From: Minisyncoccota bacterium
GTDB taxonomy: Bacteria; Patescibacteriota; Minisyncoccia; Phycocordibacterales; GWA1-40-21
Reading direction: 5' to 3'
Assembly: GCA_041659365.1 (NCBI GenBank)
Contig: JBAZYH010000001.1
Location: 37,590 to 101,589 of the forward strand
Length of the DNA: 64,000 nucleotides
This document shows, one piece after another, positions 18,327-27,546 of the stretch. The notes below the pieces were generated by a model. That model saw nothing but the letters and a program-made list of their open reading frames with translations. It was not told the DNA's origin and searched no databases. A program made the position numbers and the translations under genes. Positions within the stretch are counted from its first letter, which is position 1. Each line of letters begins with the position of its first letter.

Positions 18327-18461
18327 ATTTTTATTATTAAATTACTAATACCCTAATTTTACCCCCCCTATAACTTTTTGCAATAGCAATAACAAAAAGT
18401 TCGGGCGAACACTTTTTACTAAAAGTGTTTTAGCCCCGAAAAATAATGCAAGCATATATTG

Positions 18462-18633
18462 TGTCATTCCCGTACAGACGAGAATCTAGTATTAATCAAT
18501 ACAACCTGGATTCCCTTTTTCAAGAGAATGACAATACAAAAAACTAATTAACCTGGATTGCTTCGTTCCTCGCAAAGACAATACTCATACAAATACTAAT
18601 ACTGGATTCCCGCCTACGCGGGAACGACAATAC
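18462..18633. repeat. cluster of four short palindromic repeat elements (TGTCATT...AATCC family), 9-16 bp apart
   Basis: tgtcattcccgtacagacgagaatctagtatt; aacctggattccctttttcaagagaatgacaatac; aacctggattgcttcgttcctcgcaaagacaatac; actggattcccgcctacgcgggaacgacaatac. Confidence 0.6.
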
Positions 18634-18640
18634 AAAAAAC

Positions 18641-18677
18641 GAGGAGACACCTTTTTGAGGATTTAAGGTCTCACCTC
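18641..18677. repeat. conserved imperfect hairpin element GAGGAGACACC-loop-GGTCTCACCTC (copy a), flanked by A- and T-runs
   Basis: caaaaaacGAGGAGACACCtttttgaggatttaaGGTCTCACCTCgtttttt. Other copies at 25861-25897, 30035-30071 and 30629-30665; partial copy at 46805-46828. Confidence 0.6.
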
Positions 18678-18735
18678 GTTTTTTGTTATTTTCCGCGTAA
18701 GGTCAGCGTGGTTCCGCGTCTTGTCCGCGATAGAT

Positions 18736-19467
18736 CTATTTCAACCCAAATGAAGCTTTAACCGTAACCATAATATTTTTATTTATTTTTGAAGTGTCAT
18801 AAGTTCCATAATCTGAAATTTCAAGGGAATTTGAAGGAAGCACCTGTACAACTCCACTTGAAGCAGATTTCAAAGTACCAACTTTCATGCCTGTACTTTC
18901 TGCCATTTTATTTGCTCTGGCCATTGCATCTTTTATAGCATCACTAAGCAAGCTAACTCTAACTTCAGGAAGCTTTGAATAATAATATTCAACAGGATTT
19001 ACACTAAAAATAACCCCTTGATTTATAAGTTGTTGTGCAGACTGAGCTAAAGATGTTATTTTTGTAATATCCTTAGACGAAACTTCAACCTGCTGTCTTA
19101 AAGTGTATTCTTTTTCTGTTTGAATATTATTATTGTAATTATAATTTTCAAACATAGATACAGTAGAGATTGTTATATCTTTTTCATCTATACCCTGTGT
19201 TTTTAAAAAACTTTTTACTTTAACAAGATCACTCGCAATTTGTTCATAACCCCACTTAAGAGAACTAACCTTTACTATTCTTGTAAATTCACCCGTAAAT
19301 TTTGCATTGTCAGAAACAACCTGTAGGCTAGCAGAGCCAGTCACAGTAAGTGAATCGGAAGAATATCTTGAGCTATAAAATACGGTTGAAAAAATTATTG
19401 TAGACAAAACAAGTCCCCCAGTAATAATAGCGTAACCAAGTATATTTATATTTTTTGTATTTTCCAT
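18736..19467 (-). CDS. SIMPL/DUF541-like periplasmic protein (putative)
   Basis: N-terminal TM, then a domain with the order LTVTGSASLQVVSDNAKFTGEF...ITISTVSMFENY...VQVLP that resembles YggE/BP26-type SIMPL proteins. The match is judged by eye only. Confidence 0.45.
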   Translation of the reverse strand: MENTKNINILGYAIITGGLVLSTIIFSTVFYSSRYSSDSLTVTGSASLQVVSDNAKFTGEFTRIVKVSSLKWGYEQIASDLVKVKSFLKTQGIDEKDITISTVSMFENYNYNNNIQTEKEYTLRQQVEVSSKDITKITSLAQSAQQLINQGVIFSVNPVEYYYSKLPEVRVSLLSDAIKDAMARANKMAESTGMKVGTLKSASSGVVQVLPSNSLEISDYGTYDTSKINKNIMVTVKASFGLK

Positions 19468-19609
19468 TTTTTAATCTTATTATTTTATAAATTTGTCTGT
19501 TCAAGTAGTCTTTATAAACTTTATGAACTTTTTACTTTTAACTTGTTTATATTATACACCCAAAATATACTTATTACTATATATCAATATCTGTGCTATA
19601 TTAAGACAC

Positions 19610-20311
19610 ATGGAAGAAAAAAAAGAAATAAGAATAAACAAGTACCTAGCAGACAAAGGGGTTTGTACGAGAAGAGAAGCTGACAAAATAATTGAAGCCG
19701 GTAAGGTTTTTATTAATGGCAGAAAAGCTATCTTGGGAGACAAAATTAAAGAAACTGATAGTGTTGAAGTCAAAAATAAAACTAAGAAAACCTACCTATA
19801 CTATGCCTACAATAAACCCAGAGGAATAATAACCCATAGTCCACAAAATGGAGAAAAGGATATAGCTTCATCTATAGGACTCAAAGGAGTCTTTCCTATT
19901 GGTAGACTAGATAAAGATTCTGAGGGTCTGATAATACTTACAAATGATGGAAAAATAACAGATAGACTACTTAGTCCAAAATATGAACACGACAAAGAAT
20001 ACGTAGTAAAAACTAAGTCTCCTGTAAAGCAGTTCCATCTTTCTGTAATGGAAGGAGGTATGCAACTCGAAGGTATAGAAACAAAACCATGCAAAACAAA
20101 GATATTAAGTGATGACTCTTTCTCTATAGTTTTAACAGAGGGACAAAAACATCAAATAAGAAGAATGTGTGACAATCTTTCTATACAAATAGAATCCTTA
20201 AAAAGAGTTCGTATTATGAATATAAAAATAAACGATCTAAAGACAAATATGTATCGAAAAATAGAAGGTGAGGAACTAAAAAAGTTTCTTACTTCCCTAT
20301 CTCTAGAATAA
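19610..20311 (+). CDS. pseudouridine synthase, RsuA/RluB family (S4 domain + catalytic domain)
   Basis: S4 INKYLADKGVCTRREADKIIEAGKVFINGRKA; catalytic IGRLDKDSEGLIILTNDG. The track ORF starts at 19493 with an implausible hydrophobic leader, so the start is set at the Met at 19610 (MEEKKEIRI). Confidence 0.8.
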   Translation: MEEKKEIRINKYLADKGVCTRREADKIIEAGKVFINGRKAILGDKIKETDSVEVKNKTKKTYLYYAYNKPRGIITHSPQNGEKDIASSIGLKGVFPIGRLDKDSEGLIILTNDGKITDRLLSPKYEHDKEYVVKTKSPVKQFHLSVMEGGMQLEGIETKPCKTKILSDDSFSIVLTEGQKHQIRRMCDNLSIQIESLKRVRIMNIKINDLKTNMYRKIEGEELKKFLTSLSLE

Positions 20312-20312
20312 T

Positions 20313-21389
20313 TTAGTTTATTTTAATACACTCATTAAAAGATTGAACTTCTTTATTATATAAAGTTGTCGAGTCTTTTATATTTGAGGCAAGATTATTA
20401 AAAATATGAGCTAAGTTATTATACTCAGAGACCTTCTCATTATATTTTACAACATCAGAAGTACTAGCAACTTTTAATTCACCCTCAACTTTTTTAAGGT
20501 TTATCTTTACCACACTTAAAGCATCATTATTTTTTTCTATCGTTGCTTTGTTAGAATTATTTGGCTCAACACAAAAAGACATCGGCTTACTAAAAATCTG
20601 TGCTGATATCCATACTTTTTTACCTTTATATTCACCCTCCCTTGAATATACACCGATTTCTGTATAATTTTTATTTAAAATATTTGCTCGATGTCCTTCA
20701 CTGTCCATCCAAGCCTGAACGATTTCTCTAGAACTACCAAAATTACCCAATGCAATATTTTCACCAATTATTATATATTTATAATTATTTTTTTCTGCCA
20801 GCTTAGAAGCAGAGTCTCCCGTAGGAGAAACATGCTCAAAATAAGTTTTTGCAAACATATCGTCAACACGCCCTTTTGCTATCTTCGTTAGACTATCGCT
20901 TGATTTAAGCTGCGTAAGATTTGTAGCATTTTTATTTCTCTCAATATTTGTCCAATATATTATCTGACCATCATTCAAAATCAAACTATCATTCGGACTT
21001 TCACTATCTACGAGTGGTTGGGGTAAAAGCTTATTTTTTGTTACAATATTCTTTTCTGTAATAATAGGAGTTGTGGTGCTTTCAATACCGATTTTTTCTT
21101 CTTTAACTAACGTAAGATATTCTTTCTCTTTCCCAACACAAACTTTATTACCAAAAAGTACCCTGAATTCACCTTCTTTCCATTGACCATTAGAGACAGC
21201 AAAAAAATATTGAATACAAAATTCTCTTCTTATTTGCTCGGTAATATTACTGTCTATAAAAATAATAATATTATCTATCTTTTGAAAGATTGTGTCTAAG
21301 GCAGAAGCTTTAGTAATAGAGATAGAAAAAATACAAAAAAATATCACCACCAAGAATAGTATTTTTGTGCCAATTTTATACAAATTCAT
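20313..21389 (-). CDS. secreted CAP/SCP (PR-1-like, YkwD-type) domain protein
   Basis: Signal peptide; CAP core GRVDDMFAKTYFEHVSPTGDSASKLAEKNNYKYIIIGENIALGNFGSSREIVQAWMDSEGHRANILNKNYTEIGV. Confidence 0.6.
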   Translation of the reverse strand: MNLYKIGTKILFLVVIFFCIFSISITKASALDTIFQKIDNIIIFIDSNITEQIRREFCIQYFFAVSNGQWKEGEFRVLFGNKVCVGKEKEYLTLVKEEKIGIESTTTPIITEKNIVTKNKLLPQPLVDSESPNDSLILNDGQIIYWTNIERNKNATNLTQLKSSDSLTKIAKGRVDDMFAKTYFEHVSPTGDSASKLAEKNNYKYIIIGENIALGNFGSSREIVQAWMDSEGHRANILNKNYTEIGVYSREGEYKGKKVWISAQIFSKPMSFCVEPNNSNKATIEKNNDALSVVKINLKKVEGELKVASTSDVVKYNEKVSEYNNLAHIFNNLASNIKDSTTLYNKEVQSFNECIKIN

Positions 21390-21450
21390 ATATCAATATA
21401 TTATCACAAAAATACTTTTTTGTATTTTATTTATAGTGTATAATATCTAT

Positions 21451-21858
21451 ATGAATTTTTTGAAAACTATTTTTGGTTATCTTAAATGGCACTATGGAAA
21501 AGCTCTCTTTGCAACATTCTCTTTATGGAAAAATCTTCTTTTTTTCCTGTTACGTTTTTTTTCACTTAAAAGTTTACTCACAAATTTCTTTGCACCATGG
21601 AAAAGACTCACAGAAAGCTATCCTAGAAATTTTGGAATAGACTCAGATACCCTGAAAAAGTATCTAAATACTTTTACTATAAATACAATAATGAGATTGT
21701 TCGGAATGATTTTCAGAACTTTTGCGATTACTATTGGACTAATCTGTTGTCTTACTTTTATTCTCCTACTTCCTTTTACACTAGCTTTTTGGTTAGCTTT
21801 ACCTGTTTTAATAATAGGATCTTTTTTATTTGGGTTAGTCTTAATCTTCTCCTATTAA
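21451..21858 (+). CDS. small polytopic membrane protein (about 135 aa), immediately upstream of the ClpB-like gene
   Basis: Start set at the Met at 21451 (MNFLKTIFGY); 3-4 TM helices. The ClpB-like ORF starts 7 nt after the stop, so probably co-transcribed. Confidence 0.45.
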   Translation: MNFLKTIFGYLKWHYGKALFATFSLWKNLLFFLLRFFSLKSLLTNFFAPWKRLTESYPRNFGIDSDTLKKYLNTFTINTIMRLFGMIFRTFAITIGLICCLTFILLLPFTLAFWLALPVLIIGSFLFGLVLIFSY

Positions 21859-21864
21859 ATTTTT

Positions 21865-24336
21865 ATGAAAATCAACGATTATTTAAAACAAAGTTCCTTA
21901 CATAATGTATTAACCGTAGAATCTATTGTTTCAGAAAACTTCAGAAATAAAATATCTAAATTTTCTGAAAATATGATTTATATTATTATTTTTGTAATAA
22001 TAATATATTTTCTAATAAAAGATACGGAAAAGTTTATTATATACAAACAAGCTATAGACTTCATAATACCTAAAATTATTGGACTACTCTTTATAAATAT
22101 TGGTTTACTATTTTTTTCAAAATTAATAGACTTTTATTTCTCTTCTACATACTACTTTGAAAAAATAACAAAAAATAATTATAGTAAAGATGAAATGTAT
22201 ACTTTTTCTGTTGGAAGGGTTCTTTATGCAGGTAGAAAAACAGATATTTTACATGGCTTCATGGATTCAAAAATAGGAAAGGAAGTTTTTCTAAGACTTG
22301 GTATTGGAGACGAAGATAAAGAAAATTTCTACAATACACAAAAAATAGAACCCGAAGATGTAATGCCTCAATCTAAAGGAGACATAATGAAACTGGAAGA
22401 TATTATAAATTATCTTTGTGATTACAAGAAAAATTTCATTAGTTTCTTAAACGAAAAAGGTATAAATAAAAATGACCTACTAGGAACAATAAACTGGGTT
22501 ATATATGAAATAGAGTCAGAAGAATACGAAAAACAGTGGTGGAGACCAGAAACTCTATTAAAAACAAAAGGTATGTTTGATGATTGGTCTTTTGGCAAAA
22601 CATATGTCCTCGATAAATACAGTAGAAATATATTAGAAGACGAAGAGGTCAACTCTGAGGCGATGATAATATCTAACCGTGAATCAGAAGTAGTACAAAT
22701 AGAAAATGCCCTTTCAAAATCTTCTGGTTCAAATGTAATGCTTGTAGGAAATCCTGGTCAAGAAAAAATTCAGGTAATATGGAGTCTTTGTAGAAACCTC
22801 AAAAAAAGAAAAGTTACTTCAAAAATACTTGGTAAAAAAGCTATACTCCTCTCAGTAAATTCTCTTATTTCTGTGTGCAAAGATAAAAACTCTTTTGAAG
22901 AACAACTAATAAAAATATTAAATGAGGTAACACACTCTGGAAATATTTTTCTTGTTATAGATAATTTTATTCAACTTTCAAATACAGCAAAAAAGCTTGG
23001 CAGCGATTTCACAAATATTTTTAATCCATTCTTAGAAAATTCTATTGTTCAGATAATCGCCCTGGTAAATACAAATGATTTTCACCAGTATATTGAAAAA
23101 GATAAAACATTACTTAATAACTTTGAAGTTATTTATGTTAAACCATTAGCTACAGAAGAAATAATAAAAATAATTTATGCTTCTGCACTAAACACAGAAA
23201 AACATTATGGTATATATTTTACATATCAAGCAATCAAAGAACTCGCCGAAGGTTCCGCGTACTACTTCTCTGATGGGGTTTCGACAGATAAAGCAATATC
23301 TCTTCTAAACGAAATATCTCCTTGGGCTAAAAGAAATGATAAAATTATTATTGGAAAAGATGAAGTTCTAGATTTTATAGAAAAAAAGACAAATATTCCT
23401 ACAAGTGGAAAAATATCGATAGATGAAAAAGATAAACTCTTAAAACTTGAGGAACTAATTCAAAAAAGAGTTATTGGGCAAGATGACGCTATTGTAGCTA
23501 TTAGTAATGCTCTAAGAAGAGCTAGAACAGGCGTAAGGAACCAAAATAAGCCTATAGGGTCATTCTTATTCTTTGGACCAACTGGTGTAGGAAAAACCGA
23601 AACAGCAAAAGCTTTAGCATACGTGTTTTTTGGTAATGAAGAAAACATGATGAGACTGGATATGTCTGAATATCAAACAGATGACGCAATAGAGAAACTC
23701 ACCGGTTCATTTACTACAGGTAAAACTGGAATCTTCTCAGATATGTTAAGAGAAAAACAATACGGTGTTATTCTTTTAGACGAATTTGAAAAAGCAAATA
23801 AAGATGTATTGAACTTATTTCTTCAAATATTTGATGAGGGATTTTTCTCCGATATGTCAGGACAAAAGATAAATACCAGAAATATTATTTTTATAGCCAC
23901 ATCAAACGCTGGAGCAGATACAATATTTGACATAGTAAATAAAGGTGAAAATCCAAAAAATAAAAAAGAGGAAATAATTGCAGATATAGTAAGTAGAGGT
24001 TTATTTAAACCAGAGCTTATAAACCGCTTTGATGGGACAATAATTTTTAAACCACTAGAGCACGATGATTTACTTAAAATTGCAGATATAATGCTAAAAA
24101 AAGTTTCCGAAAGAATACTTGAAAAAGGTCTCTCCATTGAATATGGTGATGACGTAATAGAATATATAATTACAAATGGAACAAACAAAGTTTTTGGTGC
24201 AAGACCTATGAATAGATTTATACAAGACTCCATAGAAGCACAAACAGCAAAACTTATAATTTCTGGAGAAGCAGTTTCTGGACGAACAATAAAATTTATT
24301 ATTGAGAATAATATACTTTTAGCAAAGATTGTATAG
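21865..24336 (+). CDS. membrane-anchored ClpA/ClpB-like AAA+ ATPase with a degenerate first nucleotide-binding domain
   Basis: The N-terminal 100 aa hold 2-3 TM helices instead of a Clp N-domain. D1 Walker A is degenerate (VMLVGNPGQEKIQVIW). D2 is canonical ClpB-like: VIGQDDAIVAISNALRRARTGVRNQNKPIGSFLFFGPTGVGKTETAKALA...ILLDEFEKANKDVLNLFLQIFDEG...FIATSNAG...ELINRFD. Confidence 0.75.
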   Translation: MKINDYLKQSSLHNVLTVESIVSENFRNKISKFSENMIYIIIFVIIIYFLIKDTEKFIIYKQAIDFIIPKIIGLLFINIGLLFFSKLIDFYFSSTYYFEKITKNNYSKDEMYTFSVGRVLYAGRKTDILHGFMDSKIGKEVFLRLGIGDEDKENFYNTQKIEPEDVMPQSKGDIMKLEDIINYLCDYKKNFISFLNEKGINKNDLLGTINWVIYEIESEEYEKQWWRPETLLKTKGMFDDWSFGKTYVLDKYSRNILEDEEVNSEAMIISNRESEVVQIENALSKSSGSNVMLVGNPGQEKIQVIWSLCRNLKKRKVTSKILGKKAILLSVNSLISVCKDKNSFEEQLIKILNEVTHSGNIFLVIDNFIQLSNTAKKLGSDFTNIFNPFLENSIVQIIALVNTNDFHQYIEKDKTLLNNFEVIYVKPLATEEIIKIIYASALNTEKHYGIYFTYQAIKELAEGSAYYFSDGVSTDKAISLLNEISPWAKRNDKIIIGKDEVLDFIEKKTNIPTSGKISIDEKDKLLKLEELIQKRVIGQDDAIVAISNALRRARTGVRNQNKPIGSFLFFGPTGVGKTETAKALAYVFFGNEENMMRLDMSEYQTDDAIEKLTGSFTTGKTGIFSDMLREKQYGVILLDEFEKANKDVLNLFLQIFDEGFFSDMSGQKINTRNIIFIATSNAGADTIFDIVNKGENPKNKKEEIIADIVSRGLFKPELINRFDGTIIFKPLEHDDLLKIADIMLKKVSERILEKGLSIEYGDDVIEYIITNGTNKVFGARPMNRFIQDSIEAQTAKLIISGEAVSGRTIKFIIENNILLAKIV

Positions 24337-24441
24337 AAAGAGTTAAAAGTTTGTAAAGTTCATAAAGCCTGCCCCGTAGCTAACTTTTTCCTTCAAAAAA
24401 GTTATGGTACTGGGGTAAAAAGTTAATAAAATACAAACGTT

Positions 24442-24615
24442 CTAGATTGCTTCGCTTTGCTCGCAAAGACACACAAAAAAAATAACACAAAGAGGTTTTT
24501 GCAAAGCAAAAACCTCTTTGTGTCTTTGCGAGCAAAGCGAAGCAATCCAGGTTTGTATTTATTTTTTTGTTGTCATTCCCATGCAGACAGCCTGCCCGCC
24601 TTAGGAGGGGGAATC
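24442..24615. repeat. composite palindromic element (inverted 30-bp arms around a 37-bp hairpin) plus one more short palindromic element
   Basis: ctagattgcttcgctttgctcgcaaagaca / cacaaagaggtttttgcaaagcaaaaacctctttgtg / tgtctttgcgagcaaagcgaagcaatccaggtt; then tgtcattcccatgcagacagcctgcccgccttaggagggggaatc (24571-24615). Sits between convergent genes. Confidence 0.6.
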
Positions 24616-24705
24616 TATAATTCTAATATAAAAAATAGCCTCATAAAATTTAAAATAAATTTTATGAGGCTATTTTTCGTAATCGTCTGTGTTCATTTTA
24701 TTAAA

Positions 24706-25014
24706 TTAGACGGTCTCAAGTTTTGCTTTGAGAGAATTCTCAACTTTAGCTCTTGCTTTGGTTTTAGATTTCTTCTCCTTACAGTCTAGATAGTAGATGC
24801 TTATCATTGTACCTATTGCGCAACCTAATGCATAAAATAGTACAATCCAAACATTATCTAGGTTATTAATTATTTTATCGAGTACATAATACCAGATTAA
24901 AATATTAATAAATGTGATGGAACCACTCGACAAAACCATGTTTTTAGAAACAAAATGTGTCCAAGTAGTTGCAATTATCATTTCAACGATACCAACAAAG
25001 AATATCATCAACAT
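24706..25014 (-). CDS. hypothetical 3-TM membrane protein
   Basis: 102 aa, hydrophobic, Lys-rich C-terminal tail. Confidence 0.4.
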   Translation of the reverse strand: MLMIFFVGIVEMIIATTWTHFVSKNMVLSSGSITFINILIWYYVLDKIINNLDNVWIVLFYALGCAIGTMISIYYLDCKEKKSKTKARAKVENSLKAKLETV

Positions 25015-25118
25015 AACTGTTTTGGATATTAAATTTTTAAAGTTCGACCAATAAAAATAACAAAGTCGTACTTTGTTATTTACCTTTGTATTATAACATA
25101 TTTTATGTATTTTGCAAG

Positions 25119-25825
25119 CTAAATAAATCCCTTTAAATAAGCTAGTCTTTCCCTTTCTGGAAACTTTTCTATAGCATATCTAAGCATAGTTCTTGGGATC
25201 TTTCTATAATATTTATTTAAAAAAAACTCTTCATCTTTTAAAGATCTCTTTCCTACTTCTCGAAGCATCCAACCGACAGCTTTATGTATAAGGTCATGTT
25301 TATCCCCCATCAATATCTCAGCAATTTTAAAAACATCTTTATACTCTCCATTTTTAATAAAAGTATAAGTAGAAATAATAGAAATTCTTTTTTCCCAAAG
25401 GTTTTTTGATACAGCAAATTTATACAACAAATATTTCGGCTTATCTATCAAGTATTCACCGACTATTCTAGGAGCTGAAAGATCTACCAAATCCCAATTG
25501 TTAGCCTGCTTTGCATTTTTAATATAAAATTCAAAGACTTTTGCTTTTTCTAGACCATTTGCCTTTTCAAATTTATCTACAAGTATAAATAAAGCGCAAA
25601 TCCTTTCTTCGTGTATTTTTGAATACAAAATTTTCTTAACTTCTGATAATTTTAGATCTCTATATTTTTAGCAACCTTTCTCGTATTAGGAACAATAATT
25701 CCTAGAAATATATCTCCTTCTCCATACTCCCCCTTTTTTGTTTTAAAAAACCTCTGCAAAATATTCGCCTTTTCAAAATTTGCAAGACTTATTAACTCAC
25801 TTTTTATATCTTCCACTTTAGCCAT
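25119..25825 (-). pseudogene. DNA alkylation repair glycosylase AlkD/AlkC-like (HEAT-repeat), disrupted by a frameshift at a T5/A5 homopolymer
   Basis: N-terminal fragment 25652-25825 ([57 protein letters not shown]) and C-terminal 169-aa ORF 25119-25628 (..SKIHEERICALFIL..WDLVDLSAPRIVG..IHKAVGWMLREVGKR..) are in different frames. Adding one base to the run at 25665-25669 fuses them into one protein. Confidence 0.6.
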
Positions 25826-25860
25826 ATCCTTATTATACTCATTTTAATGAAATAAAAAAT

Positions 25861-25897
25861 GAGGAGACGCCTTTTTTAATTCTCAAGGCCTCACCTC
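25861..25897. repeat. conserved imperfect hairpin element (copy b) with compensatory change
   Basis: GAGGAGACGCCttttttaattctcaaGGCCTCACCTC; A>G on the left arm is matched by T>C on the right arm, compared with the other copies. Confidence 0.6.
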
Positions 25898-25971
25898 ATT
25901 TTTTAAATTATAAAAATATTTATCAATACTTTATAAACTTTAAACTTTTTACTTTTAACTACTTCAGTTAA

Positions 25972-27399
25972 TTAAACGAAAGTAATCGCTTTACCCTTTT
26001 TACTTCCTCTTCCTGTTCTACCTATTCTATGAACATAGTCATCATAAGTAGCAGGAATATCATAGTTTATAACATGAGTTATATCTGCGACATCTATACC
26101 TCTTGCAGCCACATCTGTAGCAACAAGTATATTAATACCATTATTTTTAAATTGACTTAATGCCCTATCTCTTTTCGGTTGATTTTTATCACCATGAATA
26201 GAGTCAGCTTTAAAACCTCTATCAACAAGAGTATTGGAAAGTCTTTCTACACCATGTTTTGTTCTACCAAAGATAAGGACTTTACTAAATTCTGGTTTAG
26301 TCAACAAATCGTGTAATACATCGATTTTTTCTTGACCAGCAATCCTTACAACATCTTGATCAACATTTTTTGCAGTACTTCCAGTTTTAACAGAAACAGT
26401 TACAGGATTCTTTAAGAACTCCTTAATAAGCTTTTCTATATCTGGAGAGATTGTAGCTGAGAAGAATAAAGTATGTCTAGTCTTAGACATCTTTGACATA
26501 ATAAGCTTCATATCTGCTATGAATCCCATATCAAGCATTCTATCTGCCTCATCGAGTACTATAGTTGAGAAAGGTGCAAGATTGATACATTTTCTATTTA
26601 CCAAATCCTTTATTCTTCCTGGTGTACCTATAATAAAGTTATTCCAATATTTAAGCTCAGAAATCTGTCTACCTATGGGCATACCTCCTACACAACATAC
26701 AGAATATATTTTAAATCCTGCAGTAAAACTTTTTAATTCTTGATCTATCTGCATCGCGAGCTCTCTTGTAGGAACTACTATAAGTATCTCCTCCTTAGGA
26801 TTTAAAAGAACTTTTTGAATAAGGGGAATAAGAAAAGCTGCCGTCTTACCAGTACCAGTATTTGCAATACCAACAACGTCACTTCCACTAAGAATATGAG
26901 GAATTATTTTGTCTTGCACTGGAGTAGGCTCACAGTAACCTTTATCACAGATATTCTTTTTTAATTTTTCATCAATCTTAAAATCCTTAAAAAGATTTTC
27001 TGGAGTAAATTTTTCAACTACTTCATCTGCGACTGCTTTGTTTATAAATTTTGAAAAATGGATATTTTGTCCAGTATTTCTATTTCCACTTGGTCTTCTG
27101 TTTGAAGAAAAACCTCTGCTACCGCCAAAAGATGGTCTACCTGAATTTCCACTAAAAGGTTTTTTGTCACCTCTATTGAAAAATGGTTGTCTTACAAAAC
27201 TACTTGTTGAAGCTGTTCTTGTATTACTTTTTTGGTCTGAGGAAAAAGATTCACCTTTGGGTGAACTAAAATCCTTCCTACCTGTGCTTCTCTTAGATTT
27301 TCCACCAAAGGAAGAACTAAAAGGCGCAACTTTTCTAAATTGTGTCCTATACATATAATTATTTAAAACAGCAAAAATCGCCGTTTTCTTGGCTTTCAA
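25972..27399 (-). CDS. DEAD-box ATP-dependent RNA helicase with N-terminal Gly/Arg/Ser-rich disordered extension
   Basis: Q-motif region PTPVQDKIIP, Walker A ANTGTGKTAAF, DEAD (VLDEADRMLDMGF), SAT, HRIGRTGR. The real start may be an internal Met near 27354. Confidence 0.85.
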   Translation of the reverse strand: MKAKKTAIFAVLNNYMYRTQFRKVAPFSSSFGGKSKRSTGRKDFSSPKGESFSSDQKSNTRTASTSSFVRQPFFNRGDKKPFSGNSGRPSFGGSRGFSSNRRPSGNRNTGQNIHFSKFINKAVADEVVEKFTPENLFKDFKIDEKLKKNICDKGYCEPTPVQDKIIPHILSGSDVVGIANTGTGKTAAFLIPLIQKVLLNPKEEILIVVPTRELAMQIDQELKSFTAGFKIYSVCCVGGMPIGRQISELKYWNNFIIGTPGRIKDLVNRKCINLAPFSTIVLDEADRMLDMGFIADMKLIMSKMSKTRHTLFFSATISPDIEKLIKEFLKNPVTVSVKTGSTAKNVDQDVVRIAGQEKIDVLHDLLTKPEFSKVLIFGRTKHGVERLSNTLVDRGFKADSIHGDKNQPKRDRALSQFKNNGINILVATDVAARGIDVADITHVINYDIPATYDDYVHRIGRTGRGSKKGKAITFV

Positions 27400-27546
27400 A
27401 ATAGTATTGATAAAAGCCGTTATTATTAATCGTTAAATGAAGCACGGATTCTGCGACATTTTCACGCTTAATCAGTGAGATTCCCTACTAAATGGGATTT
27501 CATTAACTTTATAAGTATAGCAAAAATAGGATTAGTTGTCAAGACT

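Noticed and set aside
18462-18633. Possible CRISPR array (four about 33-bp repeats in a row)
   Set aside because: Spacers are only 9-16 bp, and the repeats are not identical to each other (only the termini are conserved). They belong to the genome-wide short palindromic element family.
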